A stretch of DNA of 64,000 nucleotides from Octopus sinensis (Eukaryota). A model generated the notes under the pieces. It ran no database searches, was not told the origin of the DNA, and saw only the letters and a list, made by a program, of their open reading frames with translations. The DNA lies in the NCBI RefSeq assembly GCF_006345805.1, contig NC_043000.1, positions 120,342,001-120,406,000 of the forward strand, written 5' to 3'. Position numbers and translations under genes: made by a program. Of this stretch, positions 12,501-25,740 are shown in pieces. Each line of letters starts with the position of its first letter. Position 1 is the stretch's first letter.

Positions 12501-13495
12501 GAAGCTGACAAATACAAACAAGAAATCATACCACCTAATAAATATGAAGAAGATGAAGAAACAACAAAAGCTATAAAACAAATGAAATCCAAACTAAAAA
12601 TAGAGCAGCAACGAACCATGATAAAACGATGGCAAGAAAAGCCCCTTCATGGCAAATACTGGACTAAACTAAATGCAAAAGAAATAGACAAAGAAAAACC
12701 CCAGCAATGGTTGAGAAGCTCAGGACTCAAAGCAGAGACAGAGGGATTTTTAATTGCAGCACAAGACCAAAGCCTCCCCACCAGAAATTACCAAAAACAT
12801 GTAATGAAAAGAAATACAACAAGTAACTGCAGAATATGTGGAGATGGACAAGAAACAATAAATCATATTATCTCTAGCTGCCCAGTCCTGGCTAAGAAGG
12901 AATATATTCACAGACATGACAGAGTTGGAACCTACATACATTGGAAGCTATGCCAACATTATGGAATAACAACAGAAAAAATATGGTATAGGCACACACC
13001 AGAAAAGGTCACAGAAAACGAGAAAGCAACCATACTCTGGGATATGCCGATACACACAGATAGAGAAATTAAGGCCAACAGACCAGATATAGTTGTCAGA
13101 GATCATGAAGAAAAATAATGCTTTCTAATTGATGTATCAATACCGGCAGATGACAACGTGTCTAAAAGAAATGGAGAAACTCTCAAAATACAAAGACCTG
13201 GAAATAGAGGTAACCAGAATGTAGAATCTAAAAACAGAAACAATTCCTATCATAGTAGATGCATTAGGCATGATAAAAAAATATTCAAACAAATACATAA
13301 CAAAAACACCAGGACTTACAAACACATATAAACATACGAAAATTGCACTACTAGGCACTGCACACATCCTACGCAGAACACTTCCATACAATAACCATCA
13401 GAGCATCACAACAAATCACAGCACATACCTAAGGCACACAGAGCTGCGCTCGGTAGTGAAGTGAACGCACGCTATAAAAATAAAACTACTGAATG
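12500..13495 (+). mobile_element. Young 5'-truncated R4/Dong-like retrotransposon (CCHC knuckle plus restriction-like endonuclease) in (AAT)n
   Basis: ORF 12582-13118 has CRICGDGQETINHIISSC and RPDIVV; downstream disrupted frames give IDVSIP and KYKDLEIE; (AAT)n on both sides. Confidence 0.92.
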
Positions 13496-13522
13496 ATAAT
13501 AATAATAATAATAATAATAATA

Positions 13523-13985
13523 TAGCTAATAAGCCGATATTATTATGAAAGATCAGACAAAAAATGTGAGTTTATTAATTGACATGAGTATTCCTTGCGA
13601 TCACAATATAGTGGCGAAAGAATTTCACAAGATCAGTAAATATAAAGACTTGCTAATAGAAATTGAAAAAATGTGGCATCTCAAGGAGACTACAGTACCA
13701 GTGATTGTAGGATCTCTAGGAATGATAAAAAAAAGGTATCTGAAAATGATTCCAGGCTTACCATCCCTACAGGAAGTGCAAAAAATCGTGTTAACTGCAA
13801 CTACTCATGTACTGAGAAGAGCATTATCGCTGTGAAAACAACATCCATTCATGAATTTATTTATTTATTTATTTTTTAAATACATATTTTACCTATGAAT
13901 TTGCGTGTGTAATCTGGGAACGCATACAATGAGCTTCTCTGTCCTAGGTTTACGGAAAACACTCGGCGAGAAATGGAAGAAAATT
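13523..13985 (+). mobile_element. Second R4/Dong-like subfamily, 3' end (RLE domain plus 3' UTR) between (AAT)n tracts
   Basis: ANKPDI..KD...LIDMSIP...KISKYKDLLIEIEKMWHL...VPVIVGSLG; followed by (AAT)n at 14000-14107. Confidence 0.88.
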
Positions 13986-14000
13986 TGAAGAAAAAAAGAA

Positions 14001-14109
<109 letters not shown>

Positions 14110-14689
14110 CATGATCAATTTTAAATTCAAATTGCCTTGACACTTTACTGTTATTTGTATATGTAAATATAATGCATTTTGAACACCATAAATTAAACGT
14201 CCTTGCCAATTTCCTTCTTCACCTTTAGTAATCTCACGTCTAACAATAAAAATATTTCCAAGAGCCAGACGCGTGTGTATAATGAGCTTAATGTGATTTA
14301 GTATGGTACAACCCTGAAGTCATACGTAAATGTTAATTAAAGAGAGAGAGAGAGGATAGATCGAATGACAAGATTCGCTGCGACAATTCATGGTCTCTGA
14401 GACTGTAGCCCGAATACTAGAATGGTATACTGCTTCCTTCCGCAAGCTCATATTAGTACTGCAATAATCTAAGAAAATACTGCTAATTATATATTCCTGT
14501 AACTCCTGGCAAAGCTACCTATCTTTGTATAAACTTGTGAACGAGTGTGGCCTGTCACAATAGTACTGCCATGGCTATGGACAAAGTTCAGCTACTTTGT
14601 GAGCGATGTGAAGCTTCACATACGAATGGAGGCCCAGTCTGTTATTGATACTGCTGTTGTGTTATGTTATCGTTGCCTCATCATCATCA

Positions 14690-15215
14690 TCATCATCATT
14701 ATCATCATCGTTTAACGTCCGTTTTCCGTGCTATCACGAGTTGGACGGTTCGACCGGGGTCTGGGAAGCCAGGAGGCTGCACCAGGCTCCAGTCAGATCT
14801 GGCAGTGTTTCTACAGCTGGATGCCCTTCCTAACGCCAACCACTCCGTGAGTGTAGTGGATACTTTTTACGTGCCACCGGCACAGGTGCCAGGGGAGGCT
14901 GGCAGCGGCCACGATCGGCACAGAAGCCAGTTAAGGCGGCGCTGGCATCGGCCACGTTCGGATGGTGCTTTTTACGTGCCACCGGCACTGGTATCACAAC
15001 TTCAATTTCCATTTGATATTTATTTTGACGTTGATGTACTTGACTCAGTAGGTCTCCTCAAACACAGCAGGTCACGTGCCACCGGCACAGAAGCCAGTCA
15101 AGGCGGCGCTGGCATCAGCCACGTTCGGCACAGGTATCACAACTACAATTTCCATTTGATATTTATTTCGATGTTCATGTACTTGACTCAATAGGTCTCC
15201 TCAAGCATAGCTGTA
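14690..15215 (-). mobile_element. RTE-related non-autonomous element with (GAT)n tail and internal ~150-bp tandem duplication
   Basis: Minus strand carries ggttggcgttaggaagggcatccag and ends ggacgttaaacgatgatgat; 14920-15070 is repeated at 15075-15215. Confidence 0.65.
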
Positions 15216-16130
15216 CTGCCCTGTATCTCTAAATAATAACGAACACATATTTTTGCATGGAGTGAGTAAGTACAAGGAGCCGTTAGTTGTAACTACATTT
15301 TGTCAAACAAATATTAACTTCCAAATTTCTTCATGAAGCTTTCCTCTATTGTCAAAGCAACTCAAGTGACGCGATCAGATCTGATCATTGCAGTTAATTT
15401 GTAATGAATGATGCAACCGCCTTTTGTATTCATCGAGGAGAAATTTTACAAAGCGAATTTTAAAAAGCAAATGAAACTTTAGCACATAGTTGACTACTTT
15501 ATATTCATTCGTTTCCTCTCTTAAGAAATTTAATAGGCGTCCTCGTCAAATTGTCAACTGTTCTAACGTTAGCGACAATGTAGGTTTTATTATTGCAGAT
15601 AGCTTTCTTGAAAGACAAGTATGATTAATAGAATGTCACTGCAAACACCTCCTGCTATCTCAAAAGTATTAAGATCAGGTGTTATTTGATAGCCACACCA
15701 CATCACTTTCGCAATTCTATTCAATCTTTTGACTTGTCTATTAGCTTTGAAATAGAAATTTACCTTATTCAGAAATGTATTTGTTCTTTTTACACATGCC
15801 ATACATATTTCATTAGTTTCGGAGCTAAGTTCTTTCCTTTATTAGAAAGTAAGATGTGAAATTTATCAAACTTAACATATGATGTTTAGCAGCTCGCGAC
15901 AGAAAGATTGGTTTCTTGATCTCACTAGAACTTGGATTTGTCACTTTTACATATCATACTTACATGTTTTTTGAAGATTCTTCAGCACTTTATGTTGGTT
16001 TGTCATTCTCTAACAAATTTAACGATCTCAGAATGCAGAAAGCACCGATTCAACCGCTTCGTGGTTGCACCAAATTTTAGAAATAACAGCCAGCTTCAAT
16101 ATCAGAATATATTTAAGCTTTTATTTTTTT

Positions 16131-16561
16131 AAGGCGACGAGCTGGCAGAAACGTTAGCACGCCGGGCTAAATGCGTAACCGTATTTCGTCTGCCGCTACG
16201 TTCTGAGTTCAAATTCCGCCGAGGTCGACTTTGCCTTTCATTCTTTTGGGGTCGATTAAATAAGTACCAGTTACGTACTGGAGTCGATGTAATCGACTTA
16301 ATACGTTTGTCTGCCCTTATTTGTCCTCTCTGTGTTTAGCCCCTTGTGGGTAGTAAAGAAATAGGTATTTCGTCTGCCGCTACGTTCTGAGTTCAAATTC
16401 CGCCGAGGTCTACTTTGCCTTTCATCCTTTCGGGTTCGATTAAATAAGTACCAGTTACGCACTGGGGTCGATATAATCGTCTTTATCCGTTGGTCTGTCC
16501 TTGTTCGTCTTCTCTTTGTTTAGACCGTTGCGGGTAGTAAATAAATAGGTATTTCGTCTGT
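16131..16561 (+). mobile_element. Family-A SINE multimer (head plus two 184-bp units and start of a third)
   Basis: gtatttcgtctg recurs at about 16180, 16364 and 16548. Confidence 0.9.
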
Positions 16562-16758
16562 CTGTTATTGAAAATTTACTGTTGGAGTGTGTTCGTAAAG
16601 TAAGATTCTGTTAATTGTTATATCGTTATGCCTCTTGTTGTGCCTACTGTTGGACTTATTGTTTAAACATTGTATTATAGTTTTCTTTCGAAAGCCATCT
16701 GGGATTTTCCCTTGTGCCTCAACTTAAGTACCATATTCATCTGAATCTAAATTTTTGC

Positions 16759-16793
<35 letters not shown>

Positions 16794-16816
16794 TATACAC
16801 CTACATATAGAAATAG

Positions 16817-16894
<78 letters not shown>

Positions 16895-18543
16895 CATATA
16901 TATATTTATGTATGTGTGTGTGTGTGTTTGGCCTCCACCACTGCTTGGCAAACGGTTTAGGTACTGATGGAATAAATACGAGCATTAAAACAATAAGCAA
17001 CACTGGAGTTGATTTGTTCGAATGAAGCCACCGAGGTGATGCCCGGTTATAACGAGATTCCACGGACGGAAATAAATAAAAAGTAAAAGATAAAATGTTT
17101 AAATCGAATTTAACCTTTTATGCTATTGAAAACGAAAAAAAATTGTAGTGTATTTCATCTTTATCGTGGGTCAAATGTATTAAAATAAATGTCGTCTGGT
17201 TTCTTCAAATTATTCTTCTCGCTTTTACAAAGCCAGTTAACACAGGGTAAGTTTGCTAGAAGGACTATTGCAGTGGAATATTACTATATGAGACATGTCT
17301 GTTTGGAATTTTAATCACCACCTTGCTGTTTTTTGTATTAGCCATTACAATAAATTTAAACTATTTTGCAAAGTCATTTCGTCTTACACAATAAATGAGC
17401 GATGTATTTTTCTCACAAATACTTTCTTGCCAACCCTTGGTAAACGATATTATACCACGCGTAAAAAACCCCATTACATTTAGCTTCGCAAATAATTATA
17501 TTTTCGACGAAATGTTCCAGTCGTGTCTAATACATTTAGTCCATTCCGTTCATTCTAATAACCCAAATCTTTCATCATAGATTTATCGATTACCTTCGAA
17601 GCAATCATATATATTTCCTTGTTTATCTAACACCAAAATCGCCAGCAAAACTTAACAATATGAAATACCAAAATAAGATCAATCAGTGGTAACCAATCAT
17701 TGTTCTCTGAGAAGAAGTCTCCAAAGAATTAACTTTCAGCCTGGTCACACATCACCAACACAGGAGTTGATTGAATTAATTACATCACAGTAAAAGAAAA
17801 AGAACTTGCCTTATGTTTTATATATCTCTCTAATCGGAGCGAGATAATAAAGCCCTTCTATTTAGTGTGACAATACAACAAGTGACACATACTAATATAT
17901 TTATATCCAGTGCTTGAACTGACGGGTGGTTTAGCAACAGTGAAGTTTCAATGAGACCTCATGTTGTTGTCTCCAGATGTATATCTATGCGGCAGCAAGT
18001 CTCCTATTAGCAAACTAGCTATTGAGATTCCCACGAAGAACAAATCAAAATCGATTGTAAATTATCATACTGTATGTCCTATTTTAGTTTTGTCTATATT
18101 ATTAATTCTATTAACTCAGAAAGCTAACTTAAAGTTTCAAATGACCAACAACCATTAAACGTCTGTCAATTGGGAGAGGGTTTATCAGTTATTCTGTTTG
18201 ATCAGTCATTTCATAAGTAACAGAATATTAAATAATAAACGAATATCTGAGTAACCATGTGTGTTTTGGTTTTATTCACAGTATTCGATATCTGCTGTAA
18301 TGGTTGTTTTTATATTGGAACGAATAATCTAAATGTTCAACATCTCCATGGGAAATATACATAATTATCGTTTGTTTCATGTTCACACATACTATTTCAT
18401 AAATGTAACAGGTCGTATGAGACATAATTTTTAGCTTTCTGAAATGTCACCTGAATAATCAAAACTTGAGATAGGGTGAAAATTAGTAAATGATATAGAA
18501 TATGTGTTCTCTATGTATGTCTGTCTGTCTTTCTGTCTCTCTG

Positions 18544-18574
<31 letters not shown>

Positions 18575-18579
<5 letters not shown>

Positions 18580-18955
18580 GGTGGCCATGCTAGTAGAGAA
18601 CCGCCTTTAGTCGTGCAAATCGGCCCCAGGACTTATTCTTTGTAAGCCTAAAACTTATTCTATCGGTCACTTTTACCGAACCCCTAAGTTACGGGGACGT
18701 AAACAGACCAGCATCGGTTGTCAAGCGATGTTTGGGGGACAGACACAGTCACACAAACATATATATACATATATATATATATATACAATAGACGGGCTCC
18801 TTTCAGTTTCCGTTTAGCAAATCCTCTCACAAGGCTTTGGTCGACCCTAGGCTATAGTAGAAGACACTTCACCAAGGTGCCACGCAGTGGGACTGAATCC
18901 GGAATCATGTAGTTCGTAAGCAAGCTACTCACCACACAGCAATTCCTACGCCTAT
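18575..18955 (-). mobile_element. CORE-like SINE family B, near full length
   Basis: Reverse complement of the 61045 and 63168 copies. Confidence 0.85.
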
Positions 18956-19544
18956 ATATATATATATATATATATATACAATCAAACAAGCTGTAAAATG
19001 ATTAGCGCTGGTTTGTGTCGCCAAGGCTTGTACTATTTAGTAAAATGAACAAAAGGAGAACAATGAACGAGCTGTGGAGAGAGAAACATCTACCGTTTCG
19101 GACAACGTTCTTCCTTTGATTTACTCTTGTCGACTTTTTCCTGAAGAACATCTCAGTCCGAAACGTTGGATTTTCTATTTCCCACGGCATGTTCACTGTC
19201 CTCATTTTGTGGAGTTTGCTAAATAATACAAAGACTTCCGACACAAACCAATATCACTTTTCTTACAACCTGTTTGATCGTATCATTTTCTCTGCCCTAC
19301 TGCGCATTCAGACATGGGAATACAGCTTAATATTTAATGAAATAGACACGAAGCACCTGTGGTTACAATAGATTCATTCATGCTTAACACGCTCATGTTC
19401 ACTCAATTGTGGAAAGCCCTTTGTTGAAGTAACACTCTCTCAAGAGAAATTCTTCTAGACACTGCATAAAAACTCATGGGACACGACTTGGAATGATGCC
19501 ATCCTACTGCTGGAATCGTATTTCTTGCTCGTTGTACACGAACA

Positions 19545-19730
19545 TACTAAAAATACATAGAGGGGACAAACAAGGACAGACAAAGTTGATTACATCAACC
19601 CCAGTGCGAAACTGGTACTTTATTTATTGACCCCGAAAGGATGAAAGGCAAAGTCGATCTCGGCGGAATTTGAACTCAGAACGTAACGACAGAAATACCA
19701 CTAAGCATTTCGCCCGGCGCGCTAACATAA
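19545..19730 (-). mobile_element. Family-A SINE
   Basis: ccccgaaaggatgaaaggcaaagtcga...gaatttgaactcagaacg. Confidence 0.85.
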
Positions 19731-20769
19731 AAATATATGTACAGTCTTATTTTGATCATAGCAGCTTAGTTTCACTCTTATTTATTAATTCTCGCTTGAT
19801 AAAGCCTTTCACGCGCCAGCAAATTCATTTTTTGCTATTTTTGTATAAGAACGTCAATTTCTAGCGTACAGTGATTGACAGAAATGGTGTCTGTCGCTCA
19901 TGAAAAAAATGATGAAAAAATAGTCCAAAGACGTCACTTAAAGCCCAATTCGGTGTTTTGCTTTTACAGACGTCATTATTTTTATAAAGAGAATTCCTGT
20001 TCAGAAGTTACGGCAGCGAAGGCCTTTCCACATTTGAATGTATCCAAACATATTAAATATAAATGTATACAGCGTTTTTTTGTAATAACCGCTACTTCGT
20101 TTGCTTTTTAATTAAATACTAAAGAGTCGTTTACGAAAGACCCAGTTATATCTGTAAATATATGAATAAATAAATAAGCGGCAAACATTTTAGAAATAAT
20201 TTCAAAGCAAAGCAGGAAACTAGGTATGTGATTATTGAAATACATGCATTAAATTGATGAATATTTAATTGGTTAAAAGGTACTTAATAGATCAGTACAC
20301 GATCACAGATAGTCAGTCATAGGCAAATTTGCTTTATATGGACTAACCGACAGAAGTATATAAATTGGTTAGAGATATACATAGATGGGCGCATGTGTGT
20401 ATGTATTTATATATGTGTGTGTATGTATGTATGTATTTATGTAAGTGTGTGTGTGTGTATGTGTGAGTGTGTGTGCGCACTTGAATGAGGGAGAGCGTAG
20501 ACGTAGAATTGTCGAATGTGTAAGAAGGTTGATTATCCAGTCACGAGACGCCGCATTCGCATACTGTGAGGCATCTTTCGCATGTGAAAGTTTCCATCGC
20601 CGAGGGTTATATTTAACAAGCATTAAATATAAGCAGGCGAACATTCGAAGTCATTGCCATTCTTCTTGTAAAAATGTAATACACACGCACCCATACGCAC
20701 ACAAACTGATAGAATATATATGCCAGACCTTAAAATAAATAAATAAATAAATATATATATATATATACT

Positions 20770-21157
20770 CTTTTACTCTTTTACTCTTTTACTTGTTTCA
20801 GTCATTTGACTGCGGCCATGCTGGAGCATCGCCTTTAGTCGAGCAAGTCGACCCCGGAACTTATTCTTTGTAAGCTCAGTACTTATTCTATCGGTCTCTT
20901 TTGCAGAACCGTTAAGTGACGGGGACGTAAACACACCAGCGTCGGTTGCCAAGCAATGCTAGGGGGACAAACACAGACACACAAACACACACATACATAT
21001 ACATATATACGACAGGCTTCTTTCAGTTTCCGTCTACCAAATCCACTCACAAGGCATTGGTCGGCCCGGGGCTATAGCAGAAGACATTTACCCAAGATGC
21101 CACGCAGTGGGACTGAACCCGGAACCATGTGGCTGGTTAGCAAGCTACTTACCACAC

Positions 21158-21160
<3 letters not shown>
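20770..21160 (-). mobile_element. CORE-like SINE family B
   Basis: Family motifs in reverse complement, internal (CA/TA)n. Confidence 0.9.
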
Positions 21161-21199
<39 letters not shown>

Positions 21200-21200
<1 letters not shown>

Positions 21201-21539
21201 AAGGCGCATGGCTCAGTGGTTAGAGCGTCGAGCTTACGATCGTGAGGTTGTGAGTTCGAATCCCGGACCGGGCTGCGTGTTGTGTTCTCGAGCAAGGCAC
21301 TTTATTTCACGTTGCTCCAGTTCACTCAGCTGTAGAAATGAGTTGCGACGTCACTGGTGCCAAGCTGTATCGACCTTTGTCTTTCCCTTGGATAACACTG
21401 GTGGCGTGGAGAGGGGAGGCTGGTATGCATGGGCGACTGCTGGCCTTCCATAAAAACAACCTTGCCCAGACTTGTGTCTAGGAGGGTAACTTTCTAGGTG
21501 CAATCCCATGATCATTCATGACCGAAGGGGGTCTTTACC

Positions 21540-21543
<4 letters not shown>
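21200..21543 (+). mobile_element. tRNA-derived SINE family C, full length
   Basis: tRNA-like head ggcgcatggctcagtggttagagcg...gagttcgaatccc followed by V/Meta-like body. Confidence 0.85.
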
Positions 21544-21597
<54 letters not shown>

Positions 21598-21739
21598 TTA
21601 ACAATTAAGGATAACTTCTTAATAAGGAATCTTAACAAGAAATTGTCAGGTAGATAGCGTGAAAAAACCTCATAAGATGTTTTATATATATAAATCTGTG
21701 TGTATGTATATGTATGTATTTATGTGAGGTCATTTTCGA

Positions 21740-22552
21740 GTGCTACTGGTAACATGTAACCCAGTACTACCTGTTGCATGGTCGGGTCGTCGGCGACTAA
21801 ACCGGCAACCCCACCAAGCTTGCTTGGTGAGGAGGGTGTTGATTGGACACCCTGCGGGATGAAAAACAAAACCCGTCAAAGGGCGGATGAACTCTTGAGA
21901 GTCAACGGCCATCCAATAAATGTCTTAAGGCTGTATCATGCGCGGGGACATAGAAATAATGGGAGTGAATACCCGATCCGTTGGGAGTGAAGGACTCCTA
22001 GCCTTTGTTAGGGTATCCTTCTAGGAGAATGTAACTCAGGTAACTGGAATGACTCCGACATAAAACCTGCGGCTCAGTGGTTACCGATGATGTTGACTTG
22101 TTCTTTTTTTCGGATTATGACTGCTGTTGCAGGTTTTATGTCGGAGTCATTCCAGTTACCTGAGTTACATTCTCCTAGAAGGATACCCTAACAAAGGCTA
22201 GGAGTCCTTCACTCCCAACGGTTTAACCGCGTGATCGGGTATTCAGTCCCATTATTTCTATGTCCCCGCATATGATACAGCCTTAAGACATTTATTGGAT
22301 AGCCGTTGACTCTCAAGAGTTCATCCGCCCTTTGACGGGTTTTGTTTTTCATCCCGCAGGGTGTCCAATCAACACCCTCCTCACCAAGCAAGCTTGGTGG
22401 GGTTGCCGGTTTAGTCGCCGACGAGAGAGATTGACTCAATGCACAGCCTTTCCTCACTTTAAAAAATCTTCTTGCACAGGCATTGCACAATAACAACATT
22501 GATTAAGCTTCGTGCAATGGCCATACTCGATAACGAGGGGGCAGCAACCATA
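21740..22552. mobile_element. RTE-like LINE UTR-derived element containing a ~290-bp inverted duplication
   Basis: Arms 21787-22070 and 22129-22424; ggcaaccccacc and ccttctaggaga.ggtaactc motifs resemble RTE 5' UTRs, and the end ctcgataacgagggggcagc resembles RTE 3' ends (recognition, not a database match). Confidence 0.6.
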
Positions 22553-22564
22553 TGTATGTATATA

Positions 22565-22660
<96 letters not shown>

Positions 22661-22674
22661 TATACTCATACATA

Positions 22675-22942
22675 CAGGCACAGGAGTGGCCGTGTGGTGA
22701 GATGCTTGCTTACCAACCACAGGGTTCCGGATTCAATTCTACTGCATGCCATCTTGGGCAAGTATCTTGTACTATAGCCACGGGCCGACCGAAGCTTTGT
22801 TTAAAAGCAGTACTTATTTAATCGACCACGAAAGAATGAAAGGCAAAGTCGACCTCGGCGGAATTTGAACTCAGAACGTAACGGCAGACGAAATACGGCT
22901 ACGCATTTCGCCCGGCGTGTTAACGATTCTGCCAGCTGGCCG
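22675..22942. mobile_element. Family-B SINE 5' half (+) abutting family-A SINE (-)
   Basis: ggcacaggagtggccgtgtgg... then aaaggcaaagtcgacctcggcggaatttgaac. Confidence 0.8.
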
Positions 22943-23729
22943 CCGTATGGAATCCGAAATATTAAAAGCAGTTTGCGTCAGCGGTGGTAAGCCAAAAAAC
23001 ATTAAAAAAAAAAATTTGAAGAAAAGGGAACGAAAAATAGTGAACACGTGCAGACAATATTTATTCGTTAGTTGTCCGCTGCAAGGAAGAAATCGCGAGT
23101 GTATTTAACGTTCCAGATAGTTGTCCTTCATCGAGGCAAAAAAAAAAAAAAGAAAAGAAAAATCCAAAAGAAAAAAAGAAACAAAACAACCACGGAAGAT
23201 AAAGGAATGAAAAGATAGTTGCGATAGGGCATTAGAACAATGTTATTGAAAAGTCATTCTTACAATAACATCGTTCTTGCAACAACACCATGGACCCTTG
23301 GGTCATTATTTTCTTTTCATTGTTCGTCTCTGTTTTACATCGATGAAGGACAACTGTCTGGAACATTGATCTCATTCTTCATTGATCTTACTTTTCCTCT
23401 GAGCGAAAAACTAAAGACTAAAAAGTGAAACCTGAAACTCTATAGTGTGTACACGCGTTCGCTATTTCTTTCAATTCTTTCGCCTGTTTTTGTTCTTCGT
23501 TTTCTTTCTTTTTCTTGAGATCTTCTTCTTTTTTTTTTCTTCTTTTTAAATCTGAATTGATAAATAGTTAAGTTCATATATGTAGGTAGATATGACTAAT
23601 ATATATATTTTTTTAGTTAGGTCTATCGCTACGTAGTTGGGTTGGCAGATATGTAGTTAGGTGGAGAGATGTGTAGTTAGGCCAAGTGATATGTTGTCAG
23701 GTGGGCAATAAGGTAAAAGAAGAAGGACG

Positions 23730-23796
<67 letters not shown>

Positions 23797-23851
23797 TCAT
23801 AATAATAATAATAATGATCATAATAATAATAATAATAATAATGATAATAAT

Positions 23852-24335
23852 TTTCCAGTCAACACTGACAGAACGATCAAGGCTAATCGACCAGACATAA
23901 TTGTTAAAGACAGGGAAGAAAATACCTGCAGACTAATAGAAGTAAGCGTCCCCACTGATAAAAATGTATCTGTCAAGGAATTTGACAAACTTAGTAAATA
24001 TAAGGACCTGGAAATCGAAATACAGAGGATGTGGAATCTTAAAACAAAAACTGTTCCTGTTATTGTAGGTGCCCTAGGTATGATAAAAAAGGGATGTCAG
24101 AAACACCTAGACAATATCCCTGGAAAACCATGTCTCAAGGAAATCCAAAAGATTGTGCTAACAAGTACTGCCCACATCCTTAGAAAAACCCTATCAATGT
24201 AAATGTTTGTCTTTGCATTACATGGAGACATATCTCCCCAAGCTTTCAGCTATATTTCAACAACTCTTAACCTTCACTTGCCCTAGGGTGCTGGGTGTGC
24301 CCCGGCAGGTGATTGTATCAAACATGCAGATTAAA
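23852..24335 (+). mobile_element. Third R4/Dong-like subfamily, 3' end, between (AAT)n tracts
   Basis: Open frame 23852-24202 FPVNTDRTIKANRPDIIVKD...LIEVSVP...KLSKYKDLEIEIQRMW...VPVIVGALG*; (AAT)n at 23730-23850 and 24340-24520. Confidence 0.9.
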
Positions 24336-24517
24336 AGTAAATGACAATGATAATAATAATAATGATAATAATAATAATGATAATAATAATGATAATAATA
24401 ATAATGATAATAATAATAATAATAATAATAATGATAATAATATAATGATAATATAATAATAATAATAATATATAATAATAATAATAATAACAATAATAAT
24501 AATAATAATAATAATAA

Positions 24518-24548
<31 letters not shown>

Positions 24549-24872
24549 AAGAAGAAGAAGAAGAAGAAAAAGAAGAAGAAGAAGAATTAATTTATAAGAT
24601 TTATGGCTGGTGAAGACCGTTGATATATCTAACCTGCAATAGCTTCCTGATCCTGAAATATGGCTCTTTTGCTTTGATCTCCTATGTGGTTTGCAGTAAG
24701 TCTGGTGGGGAATTAACGTATATTATAGTCAGAAACAAGATTGAAGAGTAATCCAAAGGCCCAGTTTTTTTTTTATACCAGGTTATACAGAACGTAATGT
24801 CGAGTATAATGTTTTTATTGACTAACATAGATATATCAAATTGCACAAGTTGCTCGAATAAGAAGCACGTAG

Positions 24873-24950
<78 letters not shown>

Positions 24951-25011
24951 GTTTGTCTGTCTGTCTGTCTGTCTGCTGTCTGCTGTCTGTCTGTCTATCT
25001 ATCTATCTTAT

Positions 25012-25206
25012 TTCTTTAGTGCCCACAATGGGCTACACACAAAGGGGACAAACAAGGACAGACAAACGGATTAAGTCGATTACATCGACCCCAGTGCGTA
25101 ACTGGTACTTATTTAATCGACCCCGAAAGGATGAAAGGCAAAGTCGACCTCGGCGGAATTTGAACTCATAACGTAGTGGCAGACGAAATACCTATTTCTT
25201 TACTAC
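25012..25206 (-). mobile_element. Family-A SINE unit
   Basis: Family motifs in reverse complement. Confidence 0.85.
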
Positions 25207-25351
25207 TTACACAGTTTCACACTTCGATCTTCGGTCCTGCCCTCAAAAAAAAAAGAAAGAAATAAAAAGAAAGAAGATTCCGAGTGACACTCGATAAAAA
25301 TCAGTAACTTCAAACAAATTCATATCATCTCCTAGATATACTGATTAATGT

Positions 25352-25740
25352 GGAGGCGCAATGGTCCAGTGGTTAGGACAAGGACAGCCGACTCGCGGTC
25401 GTAGGATCGCGGTTTAGATTCCCAGACCGGGCGTTGTGAGTGTTTATTGAGCGAAAACACGTAAAATCCAACAAGGCTCCGGCAAGGTGTATTGGCGAAC
25501 CCTGCTGTACTCTTTCACCACAACTTTCTCTCACTCTTTCTTCCTATTTCCGTTGTACCTGTATTTCAAAGGGGCCAGCCTTCTTACACTCTGTTTCACG
25601 CTGATTTTCCCCGAGAACTACGATAAGATGTACACTTGTCTGAGGAGTGCTCAGCCACTTGCACGTTAATTTCATGAGCAGGCTGTTCCTTTGATCGGAT
25701 CAACTGGAACCCTCGTCGTCGTAACCGACGGAGTGCCACC
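25352..25740 (+). mobile_element. tRNA-derived SINE family D
   Basis: Head ggaggcgcaatggtccagtggttagg...gattcccagaccgggcg; body shared with 37690. Confidence 0.75.

Noticed and set aside
14664-15194. 176-aa ORF
   Set aside because: Antisense reading of a repeat with internal duplication.
16131-16561. CRISPR-like or satellite array
   Set aside because: Units are SINE-derived with no unique spacers; eukaryotic context.
15590-18500. Possible host exons in less repetitive stretches (also 27400-28600 and 46100-47850)
   Set aside because: Short ORFs with no recognisable domains; the candidate AG..GT intervals I tried gave stops or nothing recognisable.
22430-22552. HDV-like ribozyme on the minus strand
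   Set aside because: Could not build P1-P4; the plus strand looks like an RTE 3' end.
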